Shown here: positions 22,203 to 35,000 of the stretch, piece by piece
Layout of the letters: the number at the start of each line of letters is the position of its first letter
How positions within the stretch are numbered: the stretch's first letter is position 1
Assembly: GCA_002269645.1 (NCBI GenBank)
Contig: NIVC01000521.1
Location: forward strand, 372,001 to 436,000
DNA: 64,000 bases
Source: Macrostomum lignano
Lineage: Eukaryota
Reading direction: 5' to 3'
Notes under the pieces: generated by a model
The model's input: only the letters and a program-made list of their open reading frames with translations
What the model was told of the DNA's origin: nothing
Database searches by the model: none
Translations under genes and position numbers: made by a program

Positions 22203-23092
22203 GCACAGAGAGTGTACATGCTTGACCATTAGAAAGCATGAGTGTGTGCCTGCGTACAGTATTGGCGCGCTTGTATGTGGTCAGAGGTCAGCGGGAATGG
22301 GCAGAATTGCCTCTACATTGAAGACGTTGTCCGAAGTGCCCCCAGCCCTCCCGCAAACATAATTATTACTATAGCCAACAGTCAGTGAGTGGAGAAATAT
22401 TTGAAAAAGTCGGTCAAAGAGTTCAGGCTGTAATCTGGTGGCCATCGCCAGCAGCGGGCGGCCGCCCGGTCACGCTGATGGAGGTCACATTCGATTGCTC
22501 CCGTCGAGTCTGCTCATCTTCGTCGCGATGCTGAACATCATCTTCATCATCCGCTCCCTGATGCTGGCGCGGCTGCTGCTGATGCTCGTCAGCGAACTTG
22601 ATGAGGTCCTGCTGGGCGACATCTTCCAGACTGGCTGACCGAGAGATCGGTGGCCAGGCGCCTTCGTCCTGCACCAGCTCGTCCCGGATCCGCTCGTACT
22701 CTTTGCGCGCCTGACGACCGCGCAGTCGGCGGCGAAGGCCGCGGATGAACAGGCGGAATGCGGTGCCGTCGACCAGCTCCTCGGCGATGTTGCTCAGCAG
22801 GAAGTTCATCAGCACGATGCCGAGTACGAGTGAGGTGAACTGCAGACTCGGACTGTCCATGGGCATCTTGACCAGCTGAGGGTTAGATGGAGTCGGGTTA
22901 AAGTACATATATATGCGAGTGCCTATATATAAACTTCACACAGGCAATTCTGCCCATTCCTCTGACTCCTGAGCACTATACAAGCGCGTCAATACTGTAC
23001 GCAGGCACAGCACTCATGCACATGCTCACACAGGGTGTACTGCAGCCCTTTGTTGACTTTCTAATGGTCAAGCATGTACATTCTGTGTGTGC
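22203..23092. repeat. Inverted repeat pair (22203-22323 / 22934-23092) flanking the last ATP13A exon
   Basis: gtacatgcttgaccattagaaag, gtgcctgcgtacagtattg and ggaatgggcagaattgcct each have a reverse-complement partner in 22934-23092. That arm has a ~40-bp insertion. Confidence 0.85.
22423..22875 (-). CDS. ATP13A3: ATP13A terminal exon (TM10 and tail)
   Basis: ccctcag| acceptor; TM helix followed by [10 protein letters not shown]...WPP. Confidence 0.85.
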   Translation of the reverse strand: MVKMPMDSPSLQFTSLVLGIVLMNFLLSNIAEELVDGTAFRLFIRGLRRRLRGRQARKEYERIRDELVQDEGAWPPISRSASLEDVAQQDLIKFADEHQQQPRQHQGADDEDDVQHRDEDEQTRREQSNVTSISVTGRPPAAGDGHQITA

Positions 23093-26000
23093 TTTGGGGC
23101 TGGCACTATCACAGCAATATTCTCGATAGCAATTCACCTCAAGAAAGTTGAGTAGCCAAGGAAACGGTTTGATAGTAACGTAGATGCTAGCTCCGATCAC
23201 TAGCAGCAGATTGACCAGGAATAGGCCTGCGGGCGGAGTGGCGACATCGGGGATGGTGCAATTTTGTTTAGCAAAGGGGCGGATTCGGGATGGATATTGG
23301 GGCGAATTAGGGATGGATATTGGGGCGAATTCGGGATGGATATTGGGGCGGATTCGGGATGGATATTGGGGCGAATTAGGGATGGATATTGGGGCGGATT
23401 TAAAGTGGATATCGGGGCGGATTTAAAGTGGATATAGGGGCGGATTTGAAGTGGATATAGGGGCGGATTTGAAGTGGATATAGGGGCGGATTTGAAGTGG
23501 ATACAGGGGCGGATTTGAAGTGGATTTAGGGGCGGATTTAAAGTGGATATAGGGGCGGATTTAAAGTGGATATAGGGGCGGATTTAAAGTGGATATAGGG
23601 GCGGATTTGAAGTGGATTTAGGGGCGGATTTAAAATGGATATAGGGGCGGATTTAAAGTGGATATAGGGGCGGATTTGAAGTGGATATAGGGGCGGATTT
23701 GAAGTGGATATAGGGGCGGATTTGAAGTGGATATAGGGGCGGATTTAAAGTGGATATAGGGGCGGATTAGAAGTGGATATAGGGGCGGATTTAAAGTGGA
23801 TATAGGGGCGGATTAGAAGTGGATATAGGGGCGGATTTAAAGTGAATATAGGGGCGGATTTAAAGTGGATATAGGGGCGGATTTAAAGTGGATATAGGGG
23901 CGGATTTAAAGTGGATATAGGGGCGGATTTAAGGTGGATATAGGGGCGGATTTTATGTGGATATAGGGGCAGATTTGAAGTGGATATAGGGGCGGATTTA
24001 AAGTGGATATAGGGGCGGATTTAAAGTGGATATAGGGGCGGATTTAAAGTGGATTCGTGGTGCTTATAAAACAGATTACGTAAAAGTAGAAAAACTATTC
24101 AACAAAGCTACTCACGGTTGGACGGTATGGTGAGCCTGTACGGCTGAGACTTGGAAAATGCCACAGCCAGGGTGATGTACTGAAAGGAGGACACCAAGTA
24201 CACTGCCGTATTCTCATAGCTAGCATACTCGTCAGCCGTAATGTCCATGTGAAATGGAAAAAACCAATCCTGAGTCTGAACGTATAGAAAGGCCAAAGTC
24301 TGGAAGGCGATGTTCAACAGAGACTGCAGACAGATCGACGCGATGGTAACCGTTGACATTAAACGCAGACTTGGCGCCTCCTTTGACAGTTGCGGATAGG
24401 CCTTGGTGTAGCCAAACGTGATGCTGAGAGTAGTGATGATGAACAGGTCGATGTAGAGAAACTGTCCATCAGTGAGGTTGGCACCGATGTAGTACAGGAT
24501 AAGGCAGGACACGAACTGCGTGATAGAATAGCCAGCCATGAACTTGAAGGTGCCAAACGAGGTCACAATGGCGCAGCGGCCCTCCCTGATCAGGGTTGGC
24601 ACGCAGGAGATGTTCTGCTCCTTGGAGGTGAACGGCGAGGCCACGGAGGCTTCGGCTTCGCTCAGCGAGATGCCGGCGTGGGCGGCTTTTAAAGCGCCGC
24701 AATCGTTCGCTCCGTCGCCGCACATGCCGACTGTGTAGCCCACCTGGGGAAGGGCGAGGGCGAATGGAAAGTTGAGTCTGCCGCCAGATTTGGGGCGGGT
24801 TTATGGTAGATTTGGGGGTGGATTTATGGTCGATTTGGGGGCGGGTTTATGGTAGATTTGGGGGTGGATTTATGGTCGATTTGGGGGCGGGTTTATGGTA
24901 GATTTGGGGTGGATTTATAGTAGATTTGGGGGCGGATTTATGGTAGATTTGGGGGTGGATTTATGGTAGATTTGGGGGTGGATTTATAGTAGATTTGGGG
25001 GCGGATTTATGGTAGATTTGAGGGTGGATTTATAGTAGATTTGGGGGCGGATTTATGGTAGATCTGAGAGCGGGTTAAGGGTAGATATTTTATTTCAATT
25101 TAAAATCTAGTACTATCAGTACTATATAAGTAGTTGCAAACAAGCAGCTGCATAACGCAGATCTCTAACCTGCTGCAGGGATTCCACCAGCTGAGCCTTC
25201 TGATCAGGCGAGAACCTGGCAAACACGGTGCCCTTAACCACCAGCTTGGGGATCAGGTGCGGAAAATGATTGCGCACAATCTCCCACGATCGGCCAGTCA
25301 TAGCCAGGTGATAATTGCCTTCTTTAATGTCAATCTCAGGGTCGCGAGTGTTGGGCAGGGAGTAGGCGTGCTCGGGCACCACCTCATGCACTTTGCGCTG
25401 CAGGTCGCCAGCGTAGTGAAAGTCCAACTGCGCCTGGAGTGGGGCAGCATGGGGTGTTTAGGATTACACTGAGTACAGCATGTGCAGTGAATGGGTGGCT
25501 GATGTACATGTACCTCAGCTATTTATACATTCAGTTGCTTTTACTGCTTTTTCAGTACTCCTGACTCCTGCACATGGAATGTACACTCTTGACAACACAC
25601 ATGGGATGTACACTCCTGACAGCACATGGGATGTAAACACTCTTGACACATGGATTTTACACTTCTGACACAGAATTGTACACTCCTGATAACGCATGGA
25701 ATGTACACCCTCCTGGCACATGGATGTGCACTCCTGACACATGGAATGTACACTCCTGACACATTAAATGTACACACTCCTGACACATGGAATGTACACA
25801 CTCCTGACACATGGAATGTACACACTCCTGACACATGGAATGTACACAATCCTGTCCTGACTCACGAAACGAACATTTCTTTACACAGAATGTTTTTACT
25901 GCATTTTAAAAATAAAAGGCACAAAAAACTCAGTCTACTAACAGTAGCTAGTGAGCATTTGAAATTATATAAAAATACGAATTTCCAACCGCATCGGTGG

Positions 26001-29000
26001 TCCCACGCCAGCACTAGCAACAAAATTACGAATTATAATTTAGGTCACAAGTTTCCAAGACAACCAGATATTATCAAGCATAGATATACGGTACAATATT
26101 GCAATTGGAATAGTCTCTGAACATGCACCACACGGGTGTAGCAAAAACTATTAATAACGTCACAGTCTAACATAGCTGCTACATATTCAGTGGCAAAAAT
26201 GCGAAATAAAACTATTTCTACAGGTCAAAGTTCTACTGCGTGATTTCAGTTTTATCAGTATAGGCAAGTGCAGCCATGTTTTATGAGATTAGATTAGAAA
26301 AACTAAGTAAAGCATTTGAATAATTTATGCATTAACCCAGATCCTCGCTATTAAAAGTGCACACAAAAATTCAACAGACACCATGAAATAGGAGGGGTGC
26401 TAAAAAGTTTAGTTTGCGGCGCTAAATTGGCGCTAGACTCTTACCTGCGTCGCTACCCTCATCTTAGGCGCTAAATTGGCGCTAGAACCTTACCTGCGTC
26501 GCTACCCTCATCTTAGGCGCTAAATTGGCGCTAGAACCTTACCTGCGTCGCTACCCTCATCTTAGGCGCTAAATTGGCGCTAGAACCTTACCTACGGCGC
26601 CACCCTCATCTTAGGCGCTAAATTGGCGCTAGAACCTTACCTACGGCGCCACCCTCATCTAAGGCGCTAAATTGGCGCTAGAACCTTACCTACGGCGCTA
26701 CCCCCATCTTAGGCGCTAAATTGGCGCTAGAACCTTACCTACGGCGCTACCCCCATCTTAGGCGCTAAATTGGCGCTAGAACCTTACCTACGGCGCCACC
26801 CTCATCTAAGGCGCTAAATTGGCGCTAGACTCCCCTACGGCGCTACCCGCATCTAAGGCGCTAAATTGGCGCTAGACTCACCTACGGAGCTAAACTGGGG
26901 CTAGATTCTCAACTAAGGCGCTATAATCTCACCCACTACGCTACATTGGCACAAAACTGGTCAGTGGGACTGTTGCCGCTCCCTTGCCAAAAAAATAATA
27001 ATTTAAGAAACTAAATAATAGCAAACCTGAAATGGCGGCTGAGCAGGCGTGGCCTGGACCAGGATAACAGCGTCCCTGTCGCCAATCATATCGCAGTCCC
27101 TGGCAACACTCAACGCCGTGAGGATATTATCCCCAGTGACCATAACAGGCCGGATTGACGCGTTCAACAGCTGGTGAATGACCAGGGTGGTCTGCGGCTT
27201 CAGCCGGTTCTCCATCACTAACAGGCCAAGGAATATTAGGTCGCGCTCCACGGACTCTCGGGCCAGCTTTTGCACCTGGATTGGGTTGGAGTGGGGGTTG
27301 CTATTTAGTTTCTTCTGACTCTGAGCTAAATCCACTTCCGGTTAAATCCTTAATCCAATGCAGCTGATTCACTTCCGGTTAAATCCTTTAATCTAATGTG
27401 GCTAAATCCACCTCCGGTTAAATCCTTAATCCAATGTAGATAAATCCACTTCCGGTTAAATCCTTAATCCAATGTGGCTAAATCCACTTCCGGTTGAATC
27501 CTTAATCCAATGCAGCTGATTCACTTCCGGTTAAATCCTTAACCCAATGTAGATAAATCCACTTCCGGTTAAATTCTTGGTCCAATGTACGCTCGTAGCT
27601 GATTCACTTCCGGTTAACTCCTTAATATAATGAAGATAAATCCACTTCCGGTTAAATCCTTAACCAAATGTAGCTTAATCCGCGTGTAGTTGAATCTACT
27701 TCCGGTTAAATCCTTAATATAATGAAGATTCTGGAATTCACTTCCGGTCCCAAGCTCCGGGGCCTACCTTGAGATAGCTGACCCGCAGCGGTTTGTAGGC
27801 CAGAGCCAGCACCCGATAGCCCTGTCTAGTATAGTGCAGCAGCTGCTCGCTGAACCTGTCAGGCAGCGAGTCCGGCCTACTCAAGGCTTGCACCATCTCT
27901 GGTGAGCCTTTCACGTAGGCAGTAAAATGATCGGCGCCAAGTCGTCTGGCCACTACAGACATTCGCTGCAGGCTGGAGCTAAACGGAAACTGACGGATGA
28001 TGCCCAGCTGGTAGGGCAGCCGGTCAGGATCGATGCTGTCAATGTTGTCCACCGGTTCGGAGCCGGGCGGCCGGACAACTGTGGACACCAGCTGGTCGAA
28101 TTTGCGATAGTCATCCTGCTCGGGCTCCTCCAGTACCCAACGGGTGCCTTGAAACATTTTCAAGTCCAGAGGATCGCCGGATAGTTCGCCGCGTATTCTG
28201 GTGAGGGTGTGGCACACGGCCATGGCCTCCAGCAGAGGGGATGGAGACGGCAGACTGTGCGGCTCCGGGTTGGGGCTCTGCGGCGGCCAAGGGGTGAGGG
28301 AGATACGACAGATGTGATTGAGATCGTGGAGATGAAGGATAAGGGAGGTAGAGAAGTGAGAGGAGTGAGAGGAAAAGTAAGAGGACATAAAATGGGGAGA
28401 GAGAGAAGAGACAGAACACACACTAGAGGCAGACACTGATAGAGAGAACAGACTGAAGGGATAGACCCTAATAGAGAGGATAAACACTGAATGGAGAGAC
28501 AGACAGGCAGACAGACAGACGGACAAGACAGACAAATAGACAGATACTAAGACAGACAAAAATGTATACAGACAGACAGACAGACAGGCGGGCAGACACT
28601 AAGACAGACAGACAGACAGATACAGACACACGCAGACAGACAGACAGACAGACAGACAGACACAGACACTAAGGCAGACAGACAGACAATAGAGGACAAA
28701 ACAAGCAGTCCTCACCTGGAATCTCCGCTCCTCAACGGGGACAACACCCCACAAGTCCAAGCCGTCCTCAGTCAGGGTGCCAGTCTTGTCGAAGCACACG
28801 GCATTGAGGCCGCCAGAGATATTAATAGTATTCGGAGCGATGCAGAATATGTTAGCCTTGCGCAGTCGAGTCTGGGCAAACACAATGCCTACTGTCATAG
28901 CGGCTGGCAGAGCTGGCGGTACTATAATAGTGATCAGATCCAGCGCCCTGAGCATGATCTTTCCCACGGGATAATCCCTGTGCAGCATGAGCACTATAGT

Positions 29001-32000
29001 ATAGATGAACCCGGCCAAAGCGAACAGGCTGAGCACAATCAGATAATGCACAATGTCCTTATTGAATTTGAACTCAATCGGCTTAGGGAACAGAATCGAT
29101 CTGACCATTTCGCCTTTGGCTGTGGCAAATCCTGTCCGAAGAACCACAGCGCGAACTCGGCCACTTTCTACGAAACGCGTCTGAATGACGTGAGTGCCGC
29201 AGAACAGCACGTTCTTGTTGTGATCGCGGGTGCTGATGGGCCCGGACTCGGCCGCGCTCAGCGGAGTCTTCAGCACCGGGACACTCTCGCCAGTGAGCAT
29301 GCTCTCGTTCACGATGCAGTTGCCGGAGACCAGCACAGCGTCGCACTGCATCACGCAGCCGCCTTTGGGAATCTCGATTACATCTCCGGGTACGAGCAGG
29401 TCCGAGTTGATGGATACGTAGTCTGCGGGGATAGGGCTTGCGTTGCTATAATCTGCTACTGAATCTGCCTCTCCGCCTACAATCTGCTACTGAATCTGCC
29501 TCCCCGCCTACAATCTGCTACTGAATCTGCCTCCCCGCCTACAATCTGCTACTGAATCTGCCTCTCCGCTTGCAATCTGCTACTGAATCTGCCTCCCCGC
29601 CTACAATCTGCTACTGAATCTGCCATTCCGCCTACAATCTGCTACTGAATCAGTGAATCTGCCTCTCCGCCTACAATCTGCTACTGAATCTGCCTCTTCC
29701 GCCTACAATCTGCTACTGAATCTGCCTCTCCACTCACAATCTGCTACTGAATCTGCCTCTCCGCTCACAATCTGCTACTGAATCTGCCTCTCCGCTTGCA
29801 ATCTGCTACTGAATCTGCCTCTCCGCTTGCAATCTGCTACTGAATCTGCCTCTCCGCTCCCCTACTTATTACAATGAATCCTTCTTTCCGTCACACACAA
29901 GCCTAACTGCCTGAAAATGTTTTAAAAAGCATCTGGATCTGGGTCTTTCATTATTAAACATCCAATGAACTAGACAAAGTGCAAGCCGCAGACTCTTTAA
30001 TAAAAAATTGAACAGACAGTCCACTGCTTACTGTCTAAACCGCGGGCAACGCAGATCTCATTAGATGATACCAACGTTTTGCGAAGATTGCGCTCGTTCT
30101 GCAAAATAAAGAGCCGAAAGGGTAAAAGACTGTATTGAGACACTGTAATACATTTGAGCCTTGGAAAGATTGCTAAAGCTTTGCTGATAACAGCTTTATC
30201 AGATAGTCACTTCTGATCAGCTGGCGAGTGGCTGCCTGAGGCTCGCTAATAACTTAAAACTTATATAACTAAGCAAATGTTTAACTTGCGCCAATAGCCT
30301 ATATGACAGCAATGTATCGTTCTCTTGCGTCAGCAGGGCTTCCATTTAACTAATATTATACACTTGCGTTTGCAATAACATACATTGTGCTCCGCTACGA
30401 GTATTCACTCTTCACTCTCCCAGTGAATAAGACACTCTCAGCCCCGTCTCATTCACTCTCAGCCCTGTCTCATTCACTCTCAGCCCTGTCTCATTCACTC
30501 TCAGCCCTGTCTCATTTACTCTCACCTCCGTCTCATTCACTCTCACCTCCGTCTCATTCACTCTCAGCCCTGTCTCATTCACTCTCACCTCCGTCTCATT
30601 CACTCTCATCCCCGTCTCATTCACTCTCATCCCCGTCTCCTACACTCTCAGCCCCGTCTCATTCACTCTCAGCCGTCTCATTCACTCTCAGCCGTCTCAT
30701 TCACTCTCAGCCATGTCTCATTCACTCTCAGCCCCGTCTCATTCACTCTCAGCCGTCTCATTCACTCTCACCTTCGTCTCATTAAGTCTCAGCCCCGCCT
30801 CATTCACTCTCACCTCCGTCTCATTAAGTCTCAGCCCTGTCTCATGCACTCTCAGCCCTGTCTCATTCACTCTCACACCCGTCTCATTAATTTTCAGCCG
30901 TCTTATTCACTCTCACCTCCGTCTTATTCACTCTCACCTCCGTCTTATTCACTCTCAGCCGTCTCATTCACTCTCACCTCCGTCTCATTAAGTCTCAGCC
31001 CCGTCTCATTCACTCTCACCTCCGTCTCATTAAGTCTCAGCCCTGTCTCATGCACTCTCAGCCCTGTCTCATTCACTCTCACACCCGTCTCATTAATTTT
31101 CAGCCGTCTTATTCACTTTCACCTCCGTCTTATTCACTCTCAGCCCATCTCATTCACTCACCGCCCTGTCTATTAAAAGTACAAACCTAAAAGTACACAA
31201 ACTAAAGAAGACGCGGTAACCTAATCCTGCTCAATAGAATTCATTAAATTCGATACCATGATAGACAACAGCCCCAGCCAGATCAATGCCTAATTAGCAA
31301 GCATTATATGAATGCAAATAAAGATTTCCTCACCCTAGCGGTCTCAAACACGGACAGAGACAGGGACAGCAGAGAGATGACCACAATGCAAGACGCGTAC
31401 ATCTCGTATTCATCGTTAAACCATAGGATAACGCTGAACAATTGAAACAGATAAAACGGATGCAAGGCCTGCAATTTGTTTAAGGATGATTATCGCTTAA
31501 AAATCGCTTATATCCCCGAAAAGTTGGCAAAAACCAAGCAACTGGTGCTAACCTTGACGGCGAACAGTTTAGGTATGGGGGTGAGCGGGATATTGACTCG
31601 ATTCTCGCCGAATCTGACCCGGTGCCTGGCCGCGTCCGACTCCGTGAGGCCGGCCGTGTGGTGGAAGAACGAGCAGGGCGTGTCCACGAATACTCTGCGG
31701 GAGGGGGGTCAAGGGGTCATGCAATGTGAGGAGTGGACCTGAGCTGCTAGGTAGGCGTCCGAGGCGTCTGTAGGTTAGGCGGTGCAGCAACTGAGGATCT
31801 GGGAGGCTGGATCAGCAACTGGGGATCTGGGAGGCTGGCTTAGCAACTGAGGATCTGGGAGGCTGGATCAGCAACTGAGGATCTGGAAGGCTGGTCCAGC
31901 AACTGAGGATCTGGGAGGCTGGCTTAGCAACTGAGGATCTGGGAGGCTGGCCCAGCAACTGAGGATCTGGGAGGCTGGATCAGCAACTGGGGATCTGGGA

Positions 32001-35000
32001 GGCTGGCTTAGCAACTGAGGATCTGGGATCTGGGAGGCTGGCCAGCAACTGAGGATCTGGGAGGCTGGCTTAGCAACTGAGGATCTGGGAGGCTGGCCCA
32101 GCAACTGAGGATCTGGGAAGCTGGCCCAGCAACTGAGGATCTGGAAGAGAGGCTGGCCCAGCAACTGGGATCCCCAGCAACTGAGGATCTGAAAGAGTGG
32201 CACAGCAACTGAGGATCTGAAAGAGTGGCACAGCAACTGAGGATCTGAAAGAGTGGCACAGCAACTGAGGATCTGGAACGCTGGCCTAGCAACTGAGGAT
32301 CTGGGAGGCTGGCCTAGCAACTGAGGATCTGGAACGCTGGCCCAGCAACTAAGGATCTGGGAGGCTACCAGTAACCCAGAAACTGAGGATCTGGAGGGCG
32401 CCAATAGAAAGTACAACTCACTCAATCTTAACGAACAGCTGCTGGTCAGAGTTCCACACGTATTTGAGCTTCTTATGAAAGAAGTAACGCGTCAGCGAGT
32501 CCTCCTGAGTAGGCAAATTCATCAGATCATCAGAGTTACTAGATGTAGACAGATAAGAATTAATTTTGTTTATCATTGCTAATTTTGTTATGACATTGTA
32601 AGAGCTACAAAGTCTGGGATATGTACGGCTAGCTGCATCGATGAATTCTATAAAGCAAGAAACTCAGAAGACGCCAGACATCTTACACTGAACGGGTCCA
32701 GCAGGGGGGTGGCACTGCCGGTAGTTTCGTCGGTGGCGTGCTCATCGGGCAGGCACTGGTTGAGGCCGGCCCGACTGCGCCTCAAAAGGCGGACCCTGCA
32801 GTGAGGCCGATTTTTAATTGGTGTTCAGCTTCACTAATTTACTGAGATTATAAGAGGAAGAGGAGAGGAGAGAGAAGAGGAGAGAGGAAGGAGAAGAGTA
32901 GAGAAGGAGAGGAAGAGGAGAGGAGAGGAGGAGAGGAGAGGAGAGGAGAGGAGAGAGGAGAGGAGAGAGAGGAGAGGAGAGGAGAAGGAGAGGAGAGGAG
33001 AGGAGAGGAGAGGAGAGGAGAGGAGAGGAGAGGAGAGGAGAGGAGAGGAGAGGAGAGGAGAGGAGAGGAGAGGAGAGAGAGGAGAGGAGAGAGGAGAGGA
33101 GAGGAGAGAGGAGAGGAGAGGAGAGGAGAGGAGAGGAGAGGAGAGGAGAGGAGAGAGAAGAGAGGAGAGAGGAGAGGGGGAGAGGAGAGGGGAGGAGAGG
33201 AGAGGAGAGGAGAGAGAAGAAAGAAGAGGAGAGAGGAGAGGGGAAGGAGAAGGGAGAGGAGAGAAGGGGGCTTTTTTGGCTATTTTGGTTATAGTGGAAT
33301 TGAATCTATATTTTTGATACTAATTTACTACGCAATCATAACTATATTTATTACTAAAAAAACAAAATGCATTTGATAACAAATAGTAGCACCGGTACTT
33401 GGTGCTTTCTCCAGCTGTGATTAAACACATACACAATCTATTCAGTACAAGCTTACACACATAGGGGCGCAAGCCTTCACTAAGCGTGAGAATTGAACAG
33501 CTAGAAAAAATTGAGTCAGTCAGCTCCTGAGTTTTTATGGATACAATAATGGGAATTGAGCCAGATTTTAAACTGCCCGAGAATAGCCTAAATCTATTTT
33601 GCATGCATACAATCAAGGAGAATTTAAAAAAGACTCGTGCTGAAGCGGTGGCAATGTGTACTTGATTGCAGGGTGACAGAAGCCAGTTATAACTGGTATG
33701 AATTGTCACAGTAATGCTAGGATCTAGTATGATCCTTTGTAGAAAATTTAAATCAGATTAATCGTACACTAAATTAATTAAAGGCCTTACCTTGCTCCGC
33801 TCTTTGTCATCATTTGAACATCGTGAACAAAGAGCTGGCCATACTGGTCCTAAAATGTTGGGGAAAAAGTTAAATAATTCGTCAGAGGAATCCCAGTCAG
33901 TGAAATCCCATCCAGAGGAATCCCAATCAGGGAAATCCGACCCAGAGGAATCCCAATCAGGGAAATCCCACCCAGAGGAATCCCAATCAGGGAAATCCGA
34001 CCCAGAGGAATCCCAATCAGGGAAATCCCACCCAGAGGAATCCCAATCAGGGAAATCCCACCCAGAGGAATCCCAATCAGGGAAATCCCACCCAGAGGAA
34101 TCCCAGTCAGGGAAATCCCACCCAGAGGAATCCCAGTCAGTGAAATCCCACCCAGAGGAATCCCAATCAGGGAAATCCCATCCAGAGGAATCCCAATCAG
34201 GGAAATCCCACCCAGAGGAATCCCAATCAGGGAAATCCCACCCAGAGGAATCCTAATCAGTGAAATCCCACCCAGAGGAATCCCAATCAGGGAAATCCCA
34301 TCCAGAGGAATCCCAATCAGGGAAATCCCACCCAGAGGAATCCCAATCAGGGAAATCCCATCCAGAGGAATCCCAATCAGGGAAATCCCACCCAGAGGAA
34401 TCCCAATCAGGGAAATCCCATCCAGAGGAATCCCAATCAGGGAAATCCCACCCAGAGGAATCCCAATCAGGGAAATCCCACCCAGAGGAATCCCAATCAG
34501 TGAAATCCCATCCAGAGGAATCCCAATCAGTGAAATCCCAACCAGAGGAATCCCAATCAGTGAAATCCCACCCAGAGGAATCCCAATCAGTGAAATCCCA
34601 ACCAGAGGAATCCCAGTCAGTCAAAAAGGAACCAATATTAAGCTAAATGAACAGAAGATTAAGATTTGATATACCAAAGACAAGGTTTATTTAGATTTTC
34701 ATTATTATATTATTATTAAGATCAATACCGGTTAGAAAACAAAAAATAAATACTCGCCTTGACAACAACTTTATCGGCCAGATCAAGGCTGCACCTGTCG
34801 TGAGTGCATCGTACGTGCAGCTCGGGCAGCCAGTGGAACAACAAGCGCAGCAGGAACGCACTAGTAACATAGCCAATATAGACCAAAACAATTTTTGCTG
34901 GGTTTCGACGGTAGCCCAAAATTCTCTGCATTATAAAGCGGTTATTAGAAAACAGTTAATAACCAAAAAAGAGAAAAACTGTTTCTGCTACATTAGTAAA

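Noticed and set aside
24359-29462. Antisense and alternate-frame ORFs over ATP13A exons (likewise over VLIG, mariner and Gfi1)
   Set aside because: Shadow ORFs of GC-rich or long coding sequence.
33792-34646. ([10 protein letters not shown])n and (DWDSSGWDF)n ORFs resembling secreted repeat proteins
   Set aside because: They come from the 30-bp satellite inside ATP13A intron 2, and the plus frame is broken by a TAA.
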